Shown piece by piece: positions 1 to 13,040 of a stretch of 64,000 bases of DNA (within the stretch, counting starts at the first letter, position 1; each line of letters starts with the position of its first letter). Source of the DNA: Lingula anatina (taxonomy: Eukaryota > Animalia > Brachiopoda). The notes under the pieces were generated by a model that saw only the letters and a program-made list of their open reading frames with translations, was not told where the DNA came from and made no database searches. Where the stretch lies: the NCBI GenBank assembly GCA_051362555.1, contig CM120645.1, positions 22,940,001-23,004,000 on the forward strand, read 5' to 3'. The translations under genes and the position numbers were made by a program.

Positions 1-1050
1 GTTACTCAGGTGTCTTAATGACAGCAGATAGCACATAGACCCTGACAACTTACGCAACATACTACAACTTCAGTGATGAGTCCACTTATTGTACCATAAA
101 ATACAAAATGGTCATAAGTGAAGACTTTTTGTGAAATATAAAATTTAATAGAAAATTGATGTTGTACCAACTTGAGCTAATGTACACTCACACAAGTAAA
201 TTGCACTCGTAAAATTTTTAAAAGAGAACAATGCAATTAAGTTAGAGAACAAGGTACAACGTGGTTATATTTCCAGACAGAAAAACATAACCAAAATCTC
301 TCTATGTCCTTAAGTGCACAGGGCACAATTTTTCAATCATTTTATGAGTCCAAAACTGGCCACTGACTGGGACAATCCACTGGCCTTCCAGTGAACCCAC
401 TCCAAGACATAATAAGAGTGTAATTACTTCCATGTAACCGTTCCTCTCAATGGACCCTCAACACAGTTGTTCAAAAATAAGACCTGCAGTAACCTGGTAA
501 CACACACCCCAAGTCCATTTTGTAAAATTATCATTCTATAAACAAATGTATCAAGTGGGGCTTAATCTGAGATGGAGATTTGAAAAGATGAAAGGAAAGT
601 GGTTAATGAGTCAGATTCACCATTACGGACGTTTTTTTTATGGACAGGGTGGTCAAAACTTCAGTGGTACAAGAACACTCTCTTTCTTCCCTTCACCTAA
701 CCTCCTTTCTCTCTCTACCAAAGCTACAAGTCACAGATCCAACCTTCTTGCCATCACACAAACTAAGCCTACATTTCACCACAAGAAAGTTCCTCTTAGC
801 TACAACTAAAATGTTAAAAATATTCCCTGATGCTCTTTGAAAAATTTGAAACTGTGGCGCACCACAAGATAAATGTACCATTTTCTCCATCACTGCTCAT
901 GTGTTGCGGCATCGCAAGCAATGAGGAGCAAATTAGTGCAATTTCCTTCAAAGTTGAGGCACGAAGCGGGCATTCTTTTATCCTGAGGTTAGTGGGCTAG
1001 GTATGTCTATGTGTCTGTGAATGCACATACATATGCGTGTGGGCTCATAC

Positions 1051-1120
1051 ATGAAGGAATTCTTCGGCAAATGTCACGTCTAGGTCCAGATGGTGCATTG
1101 GGCTATCTACAGTCCTGTCT
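1051..1120 (-). other. Candidate 70-nt internal exon (unverified)
   Basis: Minus strand: CCTAAC branch-like site ~37 nt upstream, pyrimidine-rich CCTTGCTCTCCACGCCTCAG acceptor, open frame DRTVDSPMHHLDLDVTFAEEFLH and weak donor CAT|GTATGA. Confidence 0.2.
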
Positions 1121-3508
1121 CTGAGGCGTGGAGAGCAAGGCGAACATGAGAACGGTGTTAGGAAAAGTGCCTTTATCGATTTCAAAATAGTTGTGAATAA
1201 TATTGTATCCAACAACATCCTCCCCACCTACTGTTTCACTGTCAATGTCCTCTTTGAGTTAATGAGCAGAAAATATTGTAAAACCACAAACCACAAAAGA
1301 GAAACTGAGTGATAGCAAAACAGAGGATCAGAAGCTGAACCTTTGTCTGGGTCATTATTTGTGCTGTTTTTTTGTTCTGATATAGCACCTTCACCTTCAA
1401 TGTGACAAGTACAAATATTTGCTGTTTGTAAAAGTGCTCCTGTAATAACCAGCATCCAAAGTATAAAAACACTCTAACACTTTTCATGGCCTTGACCGAA
1501 AAAAGTGTTTTTGAAAAAATGACCACTTATGACAAAAAGCATAATTTCAAATTTTCCATTCCGCCTTAAAGTCTTCCCTGCAATCTCTCTCTCTTCCCCC
1601 CCCCCCCCCCCCCAATCAAAAGATAAGCAGAGCACTTCGGTTCCTGACCCTTTCCTCAATCGAACCTCTTCAAAACCTTGAAGTGGTTTGTATTGTCCAG
1701 TAGCATGCTTGCACAGTGTGTCAGGGTATATAACCCACCCTGTGTGTGTATGTGGAGGAGAATACAGCAGGGGAGATAAGGTACTAGAACAGTATGGGAA
1801 TGGAGGTTGATAACGGAAAGAATTTAACACTGAAATTCTCCTTCCTTAACAGGCTGTCAGTAGTTTAAATTACACTGTGTCACTGAAATATTCATCAAAC
1901 CATTATGAACATAATATTTTGAAAATCACAAAACTGTTGAAGGGACTCCTTAATTTTTAACCAAAAACAAAAACATTTCAGAAAAATGCACTCAATTTTT
2001 AGAAAAATCTCCCACAAGTCCAGGTCCAATCATAAACAAAGAACAACAACCAATTCTAACATTCAATATGTCCATGCCACTACCCAGCAGACGCCATTCA
2101 GGCTACACGAAGGTATGGCATTTCCTTCGGGGTCTTTCTCCAACTGCTGCTTGGCATAGCGAGGAAATAGCTCTGAAACCAACTCTTTGGATGAATCAAC
2201 CGAGAATACGTCTGACCAATAAAACTGCAATCTTTTCTCAGAGATTGCTCTACGTGCTCTTTTCTTCTTATTATATGTGGGCCTCTTTTCTCTTTTGTGA
2301 AAGTCAAATTTGCACTTTCTTACCCTGCAGACTCGTAAAGAACCATGAAATAGAATGTTTATTTCTAGAGGATATCTACTGGTTTATGTTTGAAAAGTTT
2401 AACTTTGGCCTTCAAGGGGCAAAGAAAAGGTGAGGGAAATTTCACGCAAACTGGTTGTAAAACAATAGAAAATTGTGATATTTTGATCCAATATTTACTA
2501 TGTTTTTAAATGGTTACTTCTGGAAACACTTGCCCATGTGGCCTAATGACCTTGTAAGCAGGGATCACTGGGTTTTGATGATGTTTTGGGGTAAACTCTT
2601 CAAACTTAACAATGAAATTTCAGTTGACAGTTTGGAAATCATGAATACTGACATGTGCAACAATGATGTCAAAAAGTGGCAGTTTTAAAACAATAAACGT
2701 TCCTTAAATAGAACAAGACAGATTGAAGTGTAATTTCATGCTCATCTGAGATTACAAAATACATGCTTATTTCTTTCAAATAACTTTCCAGAAATTCATG
2801 CACCCGACATTAACAAGTCTTGCAAATTTTAGGACTGAGGCTACAAAAAGTGATGCTGCAGTCACAATAAACAAAAGGTCAGAGGTCAGTACTGTCCAAT
2901 AAACAGCTGAAAGTTACCTGAGTGTACAGGACTTATTGCATATAATTAGCATGTAATTAACATATCATTGTTCCACAGTTGGTCAGTGACAAGGAAAATT
3001 CCACTTCAATCCATTGTTCTCTAGATTTTTAGATTCACATCCCCATTTGTCTAGACATCCTTGGGGTTACTAAATTGGGCAAAACCTAAATCATCTATCA
3101 ACAAGTCAAATGTCCAGCAATAAGAGAAGAGATGCCATATTTCAAGTTAACTGAGTTTAACAAGCAACATTTAAATTGCAGACTTAACAGATTCAAGAGA
3201 ATGGACTTTCATAAGTGCAGTTAATAAGTTCAATGTCTGGTGTTGTAGACAGCTAAGAGTCCATGGAAATGAAGCTATTATCAATGGGTGCTTGAGTTCA
3301 GAACATCAGGTGACTGGATGGGAGTGAAAATGGAAGGTGGGGGGGGGGGGGGTATGAATGTCCCTGCAAGTTTTGGGTAATTTCAAAACAGATGCAAAAA
3401 AAGTATGTAGTGAGCAAAAAATACTATAAAAATATGGTCTAGATATATGCATTCTCATTCTACTTAAGTACTCAGTGGCCACTAACGAATGCAGATATGC
3501 ATGCACGC

Positions 3509-3520
3509 ACATACATACAT

Positions 3521-3553
<33 letters not shown>

Positions 3554-3565
3554 AACACACACACA
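3509..3565. repeat. (ACAT)n(AC)n microsatellite
   Basis: Direct reading. Confidence 0.95.
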
Positions 3566-3653
3566 TACAATCTTTTTCAGTGAAAAAGACATAGACATAA
3601 AAGGATTTTTCACAAGGTACAGATCCATTCAGGTTTGTCTGTCAATCTCCACA

Positions 3654-3869
3654 GACCACCTAACACCAGACCACCAGACACTGGCCATTTACAACCCCCA
3701 ATAAACCCCCCTGTGTGGTCTGACCTAATTAATGATCCAATTAGACAGTCTAATTACACCAGGGTGGTCATGATCACCCCCTTCCTTCCTCCACTTCACC
3801 TCCCACTTCTGATCATCACCCACACCCACTTAAGATTACATTGTCCAGTCATTATGGTCAGTGGGGGTC
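3654..3869. promoter_or_regulatory. Cluster of GLI/Zic-like GACCACC motifs with TAATT sites
   Basis: GACCACCTA (3654), GACCACCAG (3669), rc GACCACACA (3712), rc GACCACCCT (3761) and rc GACCCCCAC (3861), versus the GLI consensus GACCACCCA. CTAATTAAT, CAATTAG and CTAATTA lie between them. Confidence 0.35.
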
Positions 3870-5824
3870 GCCAGATAGAGTGGACGAGGTGACAATGGGC
3901 CCTGATTGCTGTCAATAGGTTTGATAATGGGACACAAAGGAAGAGCTGCAGAAAACAATCTGACAAGGGGTTGTTGCCATGCCCTGTGATTTGTTATGAC
4001 AAAGAGACGGCAGGAATAATTTTTTTCTGAAATAATATGAGGATTTTTTCTATTATCATTGTACAAATATTACCAATGATGTTATAAATTCTATTATTTT
4101 CACTTTCTGCCCAGGTTGTCATTTAATTCTTTTGATATTTATCATTTTAATATTATTGCAATATATCCTTCAAGCTCTAATTGCTGTAAAATTCTTCAAA
4201 TCCACCCTCCCCTTCTATGTTAAGTACCAGATCACCTCTCATCCAGGGATACCCGTCATTAAGTCTCAACACACTTCATTAATTAAAAGAACAATTCAAA
4301 GTCCATCTCAACCACAAAGACCATTCCCTTGACAGGGGTAATGGTTCATAAATTGAATTTATCGGGCAGTTGAGGGCTCCGTGTATATTCAATGTGCTCT
4401 TTTCTAATGTAAAAATTGTGTTATGTGGATTTTAGGATAATTTTAGATATTTTGACCCAAACTTTTGTCCTGGTGAAGTAAAAAGTATGGCGACTTTTTT
4501 GATACAAGGTCAATGGCAATACAGAATAAAAAAGTCACTTATCAGAAGAGGAAAAAGAATTGAAATTCAAAATGTAAATCACTCAATTAAAAGTACTAAG
4601 TTATGTTAAATTCACATAAACTGTAATTTACCTTGATATTTACTTTGCCAAATTCAGAGATTCAGTCAGGAAATTTATCAAGGCACTAAACAAATTCATA
4701 AATTAAACTTAAAACAGAGACATTACAAAGGACAAAGACACTAGCATACATGCAAACCAGGTTGGATTTCCTCAGCACTAACTATCTTAATTGATTAACT
4801 ACTTATCTGGAGGAAAATTATCAAATATTTGAGCAAGGCCAATACCACTGGCCTAGGTAAGTAGCCATAATGTAGGGAGACATAACTCTCTGGCCTTAAT
4901 GCAGCTTGCTATAAAGACAAAGAGAGTCAAATTCAGCAGCTTTGGTCTGATTCAGGCAGCAAACTAGGACAAGCAACTTCTGAAACACGCTTGTTTTTTT
5001 TTTTTTTTCACTAACAGCAACCCATGTTAAATGTGCCCACTAACACAAGACTTTATCTGATAAAAGAATGCTATTAATTTGAAATCTTTATTGTGTGTAA
5101 TTGTGCACACGCTAGTTCAATACATCAGTATATATAAGACACTTTTAATGGCTATTAACTTTATTTCTTTGAATGTTGAGATGGTTTTCAATTTTTTTCC
5201 TTTTTATTGAAACAATCTTTATGCTCAAATAATTCATTGGAAAGGAAGGCTGTCTGTCACTCCCACCTTCCTTTACACATATGAACTGCGTCAAGGAAGA
5301 CATCAAGGCAGCAACTGTCACTTCTGTAGCCCTGAGCGAAGGCAAAACATGACATAACACAAGCCTGATGAGCACTGAAAATGTAGCACACATCAGACTG
5401 ATCATAATTCCAAAAATAATGTGTAAATGAAACAAAATTTTTAACACATACAAAATTCACAATGTTTGGATTTCAAATTCAAACTATAAATTGCTCATGT
5501 AGTGGACAAAGATCCCTGCACAAGAGGTCATGACCATAGCATAATTCACAGCATCCTGTTACATCCACCTTGATATTGGCAGGCGGCAGGATTCAAAGGT
5601 TTTACAAGAAAGACAAGACAGTTCATGTGCTCTTGTACCGCATGTCAGAGGCGTTTCTTTATACCTTGTAAAGTTCTCTTCAAAGGCGTTGTCTACTTGG
5701 TTCTTTTGCTGTGGCTCAGCAGGCGTTGTGTGGAGGTGTATAGGATGTGGTGGAGTGGGAGAAAAAATAGATACAAAAAACTGGGACTTTTGAAAATCAG
5801 AACAGGTATTGGTGAAACATACGG

Positions 5825-5882
5825 TCTCTCTCTCTCTCTCTCTCCACATATACACTGCCAAGTCCATTATTCTACTAGCCAT

Positions 5883-5926
<44 letters not shown>
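5825..5926. repeat. (TC)n and (GA)n tracts in inverted orientation, ~40 bp apart
   Basis: TC repeat 5825-5844 and GA repeat 5887-5926. Confidence 0.95.
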
Positions 5927-7188
5927 TTCATTCATACCCTACAACTGAACATTATCCTCCTTACTCCATATTACCACATCTATCATAACCAGACCCTGGA
6001 CACACAAAATGGGCCTCCCATATTTCAATTACACTCCTGAAATGCCTATATTTAGCTAACATTACCAACACTCCCAAATTGCTCAGGAATCTAACCACCC
6101 TCAATCAGCCTCACAATACACCCAGCCACCCTATCCAGGGTAGGATGAAAACCATTTTCCACACCAGGGCACATAATATTAAAGAAATTATGTCATATGC
6201 CATGTTTGAGGAAAAGAACCAATGGCCATTATTCCAACAAAAATTAATTCATGAAACTGATTAGTTAAAATTCACCAAAAAGCTAAAATTCTGCTGATAA
6301 GTTGAAAGATCCCATGGGACCACATTAATACATCAACTCCCCTAAAAATATATCTACTCCAGTTCTTTCAGGCAGGCTTTCTTTGCCAGAAAGATTTACA
6401 GTAAAAGTAAATTATGGTCAGGCAGTTTCCGTAGCCCATCCATCTCTCCTCATCAAGCTGTCATGCTGACCAACTAGCCATCATTTAGTATTGATGGACT
6501 CTAATAGAACTACTCCCCTGCTCTTTTTCTTGACAAAACCTAAATTGACCACTTTGACCAATGGGTCAGTTGTTACACTGACCAGAGCCCTGTTTCCACT
6601 GTGGTATAGGGTGGATAGAAAATATTGGGCCACTACCAAGCGAGTATGCTCAATCTATATAGTTAGAACTTGTATTTCTTCTCTTTGTTTCTTCTTTGCA
6701 AAAAAAAATATATATATATTCTATCATTGATAAAAACATATTTGTGTATATATTTTTTGTATATTTTTCATTTCCAATAGGCAAATATTTTATATGATAA
6801 CTATTAAGCCTGTCACTATATACTGTACATAATAAAACATGTCATCCATTCTTTCTCATACACATCATAAACTATCACATTCATCCTCATCATCAGCAGT
6901 ACAATACAAATATAAAAGCCAAGTCCAGCGTCAAAGTGTTCTTCCCAGGTGTTCATAAACATCTGGTCACCCCTGCACCTTCTGTTGTCTCCTCCAGCTG
7001 GTCTGCTGGCCACTGTCACTGACCGCTGTGGAACATCTTAATTTAATGGTTTAATATGGGGGAGGGGTACCTAGTCACAGCCCAGTACAATAGGAGCACA
7101 TATGGGCAGTATCCTGGGCAATATGTACAGATCAGACATGATATTAGGCTTTAAGAAAAAAAAGTAGGAAAAATGGCTTTGTGGTCTG

Positions 7189-7190
<2 letters not shown>

Positions 7191-7230
<40 letters not shown>

Positions 7231-7242
7231 CCCCCCCCCCCC
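7191..7242. repeat. (TC)n plus poly-C
   Basis: Direct reading. Confidence 0.95.
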
Positions 7243-9644
7243 AAGTATGTACTTGACTTGGGGTTACAAAAAGAGGTTGCATCTGGGAGGGGGGGGGAGG
7301 GGGGAGGGTACGTATCTTCTTTTCTCCTAAGGGTCACACAACACCCATCTACTTTAAAAACATCCCAATACTGTATTATCTGCCAAAAAAAATTCCACCA
7401 ACACTGTAAAGACAGCTGACTGGTTTCACAACTAAAATATATATAAAAATGATCAAAGAAAACAAATAAATGCCTGCCATCCGCATGTAACAAAGGTGCC
7501 CTTTGGCCCTGCCATATAGAGTTTCCCTTCCTTTCAGAATCACTTAACCTTTTATTAAACCTTCTGTCAGTTGACAATCTAGAGTGACAAGGGTCCACAG
7601 ATTAAAAACCTATAACTTTCCATGTATTTCTAGAACTACAACATATTCTGCAGGCTGCTAGCCAGCTGCTGGGTTAGGCCTGTTACATGTAAATGACACT
7701 ATTCCTGGCCCATCTAGTTGCTCGAGACAGATTTACATTTTCAAAAATTGTGAAAATTTCACATTTTTGTTTTTTAGGAAAAACATTAATACTCTGCGTG
7801 AAAAAATGCACTCTTTCTTTGTATGAAACCTTTTTCCCCAGTGTCTTAGAGAAGACTAATAATGATTCCATATCAAAGTGTCAACTGTGTCTTTTCAACT
7901 TCAGCCAAGTTGTCTTCTCTCTAAACATATACCTTATGAAGGGAAATACAGTCAATTTATGTTAAGCCATTAGGTTCAAAATGTTCCAAAGGACCATAAA
8001 AAATTTCACCTGGGTTCCATGTCAATTCTGAAGCTGGGAGGGCTAAGGGGGTGAAAAAGGTCCCCTTTTTCAGACCCCCCCCCCCCTCCACTTTGAGATT
8101 CCAAGCTTCATATCAGCCTGTACACTCAGTATGTTCTGAGCCAATTTTGAAACTGACTCGAACCAGGTGCGTGCCAAGTTAGATTCAGTTATTCCAGTAT
8201 AAACTTGGGCTATAATTAATTAGACAACTGGCGCTGATGTCCTGTGACATAATTATCCCACCAACATCGTGCTGTAACAGCACACATCACATGGGCGGAT
8301 AAAGGTTACCGTCATTAATTTTTTAACCTGAAGCATAAGCGATATTGAGAAAGGAACATTAAAGATAAATGAAAAGTAGATATTCGTGTCCCTGCATTTC
8401 TGATGATGATGCTAATGATGATAGAGATGTATTTCCCTTGTCCTGGTGGATGTATAACTGCTCTTTAGTCATCCAATGTGCATCAATCACCATTGTTACA
8501 AGATACTCATTACTGAAAGGGTGTTCTTTGAAAAATGTTAGTTAGGACTTCCTCTCCTTAACTAGCTAATTAGCGAACCAAAAAGTCTTATCTCAGTGAT
8601 TATTTTTCCTCTGATTAAAAACATTTTTCAATGGCACTACAATTAAGGTATTCATACACAAAGTAAAACTCAGAAACCACTGGTTTTATTCAGCGAAATG
8701 CAATTATCAATAGCAGAATAACGGAGCAAATACAAGTCCTATGTCTTCACTCAATAAGTTAAATTCCTCAGGGTGTGGTTTCCACACACACAGAAGCCAG
8801 GGGCACCTTGTATCACCAGTCTCTGACATAAAATCAACAGCCAACCTCTTGATGCTTCTGAGAAATCACTGGCATTCACCAGTTGTTATCGGCAGTCCAT
8901 CTTCCCTTCTATTTAGCCAAGGTAAAGGTTTAAAGCAATTAAATGGAAATTACACAGGATTGAAAGTTAGTAAATACTGACTAGATAAGCCATAGAGAAA
9001 ACTCCTGCTTTTCTTGATGGACATTTTTTTTTTCAAAATGGGCGAGTGTTTAATGTGTTATCCTCCCAGATGGCCTTAAATGAACAGGTAAATTACCTGG
9101 AAGCTGGATGATCTATACAGGTAGGAAAAAATCCTAGAGCAGGGCTGACCAAGGAATTCAGAAGCCACGGAGAAAACTGAGAGAAAAATCCTCCAATGTT
9201 TAAAGGTTTCAAAATATCCCACTGAGTAGCAGATTCAACATCTTTTTCCTCAATTTACTATTTAATTATCATTACACACAGTCAGGGCTGATAAAAAACG
9301 GGATGTGGTTCATCAATCTGGATAGAAGTGATTTGAGAGGGTGGATTCCTGTTCTAGGGCATTAAGTTTGTAAATATGGGGCCACGGACATGTATAAGTG
9401 TAGTTTCAGTGTGTTTTAATGAAGTGGAAGTTGAAGGTAAGCAAACCTGATCTAGAAGTGATGCTGGGTTCACCATGACAGTAGATCATTTTAAAACTTC
9501 TCTCTCATCAGTTTACACAAGTCTGCAGGTGACAAACATACTCTCCATTTAGCAGAACTGGACTGGTAAAACTATCTGCTGCAGTATGATCCTGGGGCTT
9601 TTAAATGGGGTTTTATTCATAGGTCTGTCTGTCTATCTGTTCAT

Positions 9645-9648
<4 letters not shown>

Positions 9649-9740
<92 letters not shown>
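9649..9740. repeat. Compound (CT)n(AT)n microsatellite
   Basis: CT repeat to 9690, then AT repeat 9691-9740. Confidence 0.97.
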
Positions 9741-9742
<2 letters not shown>

Positions 9743-9824
9743 GTCTCTCATCATCATCATCATTATCACTCACTTACAAACATACATGTGCAGTCACTTG
9801 ATTAAAATGCTTAGTTCTGCTTTT

Positions 9825-10040
9825 AAGAAACGGTCTTGCAAAGGATGTTCATCATGGTGGCGAACTACCCTATATGGCTCAATCCATCCCCCATCTCTCC
9901 CGATCTCTTCCAATCTTGTCCTGCGGGCTACTGGAAGGTGTTGCCGCCTCCATTACTCTATCTGACCCTGATGAAACCATTTCCTACTACTCCCAGCGTG
10001 ATCGGCACTATAAACAACTTGCACTGTAATTTGGTCTAAC
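9825..10040 (-). mobile_element. Decayed 3' fragment of an RLE-type non-LTR retrotransposon (R4/Hero/NeSL-like)
   Basis: Minus frame KLQCKLFIVPITLGVVGNG...FATMMNILCKTVS resembles the VVPIVIGALG...ILRKVL C-terminus of restriction-like endonuclease LINEs. In-frame stops are present and local GC is elevated. Confidence 0.35.
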
Positions 10041-12262
10041 ACAAAGACTTTTATTGGACTTGTAAAAAAACACAGTGAGGGATCCATTTAAATTGCAAAA
10101 CTGAAACTAAGTTAGTAAGATAAGACCAAAATGTGGTTCCAATTTGAATAGGGGATGGTTGTTGAAATGGAGTTAGGGTGATAGAAATGGCTTTGTTGAA
10201 AACAAAGAAACATCTGGCGACTTTGTGTTGAACTTTCTTTTCACGTTTTTAAAAGCAAGAAAATTAAAATTAAATATTTTTTAACCTGTTCTCAAAAAAG
10301 AAAGTAGAATGCCAGCAGCTATAATTATTGGTTAGGATAAAGTTAAACTTTTCAGTTCTTCAATAAATCTCCATTTCCACAAGATGAAACTAAATCTTTG
10401 AGGAATATACTGATAAAAAACCCCAGACATCAAACCAATCTCATCATGAAAGAAAAGCACACTACAAGCATGAAAAGGTATACTGTCTTTGCCACAAGGC
10501 AAAAACCTCAGAAGACTCACGATATTCCACTACACCAGTCACTTCTCTACCTTAAAAAACATAAACATAAAAACTGCCAGTCCATTCCAGTGAGTTTTAA
10601 TGCCTCGCTCCCGCTGATGAACTACTGCACGTTAAAAGGTACACCAAAACCGCTGACATTTGAAATAAAAATTGCCAACAAGCAGCACCGCAGCTTAAAG
10701 ACGCCAGCACTGGGAGGTTGATCCACAGATGACTTCATGGACATGAAGACGAGAGCAATTTGTACAATCGGTGTTAAGGCAGCAGAGAAATGAGTTGATT
10801 GCATTACCTCCTGTAGTATAACTATATTTAAAACTTTATCATATTATTGTTAGGCATGTAAAGGGACATAGGGTGCAAAGCAAGAGAAAAGAGAGAGAAT
10901 ATTCTGAAGACTGCCTTCACAATGCAAAAAGATAAAATAAACAGCATTCAGCTATAAGATGAAGCAGAGAAAATCATCTAACTTAGCATCAATCATGCAA
11001 TTGGGAATACTGAATTTGAGAATTATCACTTCCCCATTCACCAAAATTGGCCCAATGGCTCCCAATTATGTACAGGCAGTCCCAATTCATCAGACTCTCC
11101 CTGCGTGGACACCTGGGGTTTGTATCCTAAACAGAAGGTAATCACTTCTCATTAACATCCACGCAGGTGCCCCAACTGCCCCTCATAGAGAAATACTGTG
11201 GCCAGGAGTATGGATATTGGAAATCAATTTACCTTAATTCATTATGATGCTTCCCAAACATAAGGTACTGACCTATACCCTCATAATCATACACAGCAGG
11301 GGCCCAATTTGGAAGATGTTATGGTCAGGGAGAATGAATGGTCAATATCAGCTCCACTGATAGCTCATTAAGGACCCTAACATTGAGGAGCAAATGTGGA
11401 TTTTGAATTTACCAGGGTGCTAAAATAAACAGCACACAGCTTAGGTTGATATAGTCAACAAATACGGCCACAATGACTGCACACATACAGAGGGAGGGTT
11501 GGGGGATGGTAATATCGCTATTATTGAAAATTGATCTGAAACGGAGTGATTAGAGGGCATGAAGTAGCAGACTTTTGACCTCTGGGCCCATTGGAATAAC
11601 TATTTAGTTCAATCTCTTGAGGGCAATTTTGCAGGGACCAAGAGTAAATTTCTCTGTTTTCCACCCAGCCCATTCTTCCCATTCTATGAACTGTGTAAAG
11701 AGTTGGGTCTAGTACAAACAATGTTGTATAAGCATTGTTGGCTATTGTGCTAGCTATGCCGCAGGTCCCCCTTTGATCTGACTACGCCAGCTTTACCTTC
11801 TCTAACTTCAATAATGACTTGAATAGGATTCCTTTTGATCTGTGATGTTTTAATAATCACCAAGCCCTTTCTATCAATGTAGCCATAGCGGTCCTTTTCA
11901 GGGTCCCCTTTCAAACTCTTCCCACCGTTATACTATAGATGGAAGTTAGTGATCTGATAGTGTAAGAAGAACTCTATTTTCTGACAGGAAATAGTAGAAT
12001 TTTCAAATCTGGGGGACAAGTGGATTAGACAAAGGTTCTATAAACACTCAGGTTCATTCATCCTGTGCCCAAACTTGTGTAAAAGATCAGTAAGATTACA
12101 CAAATCACAATAACATGGGGCTTTTTGAATGGGGCTGTCTCCACTGAAGTACACACTTCACCTCAACACAGGGCTAGAGAAATGTTAAAAGACATGTACA
12201 AATATAACTCACCCTGTCTCATTCTCTCTCTCTATATATATATAATATATGTGCAATTATAA

Positions 12263-12448
12263 CAGGCCTATTGTCAGCAGTTTTAAATGGAGTTCTTATT
12301 CTGAAAAAGAGGAACTTTTTATGACCCTCCAAGTTGGCCAAACTTAAGTCATGACAAAACTTAGATCAAATTTTGATTCAGAATTGGACCTTTTCAAACC
12401 CACCAAATTTCTCCCCTCCCCCATATCAGTGCCCATATCGTAAGCTTG
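12263..12448 (-). mobile_element. Degenerate MITE family C copy (inverted)
   Basis: CAGGCCTATTGTCAGCAGTTTTAAATGGAG resembles the start of the 38237 copy, with internal TTGGACCTTTT and a C-rich distal arm. Confidence 0.4.
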
Positions 12449-13004
12449 AAGCGTTAAAAGTTTAGCGTTTGTCATGATGGCTAAGCATGAGTGGCTCCCT
12501 TTTATTGAGTACCCAAAAAGAAAAAAAAGTGTCACATTTTAACAGTTAAGATTCTACAGCTACTACTAGGTGACAACCGACCTGTGTCAGCATGCTTCAC
12601 TGGAACTTTTCTTAACCTTTTAAAAATGCAACTTTTATAGAAGCAACAGAAAACGTAACAGTTGAAGAGTTTAACACTTGAGCTAGGCGCTTTCACCAAC
12701 ACAATGGACAAGCATGGATGACTCCCTCTTCACATTAAAGAAAACCACAATATTTCCACACTATTTCTCTGCCCTGATCTGCACTCCCTACTATAGGGTA
12801 ACAGGATCCCTATAAAACCCCTCTCAATGAGCAAACCAGGGTTACACAGTGGCACCAAGCTAAATAAATCACTCACTATCAAAGAAAAGGCAACTTACTT
12901 TTAGGATTATAAAATCCATCCTTGTCTTACTTGTGTGTGTATATAGTCGGGTATTTCCTTCACTGTGTTCTCTCGATTCCTCTCTCTTATGACATGGCTC
13001 CTAC

Positions 13005-13007
<3 letters not shown>

Positions 13008-13040
<33 letters not shown>

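Noticed and set aside
199-212. AATTGCACTCGT resembling the miR-92 5' end
   Set aside because: The match stops after ~12 nt and there is no complementary arm to form a precursor hairpin.
8150-8175. GGTTCGAGTC B-box-like motif on minus (tRNA/SINE?)
   Set aside because: No A-box at a suitable distance and no cloverleaf stems.
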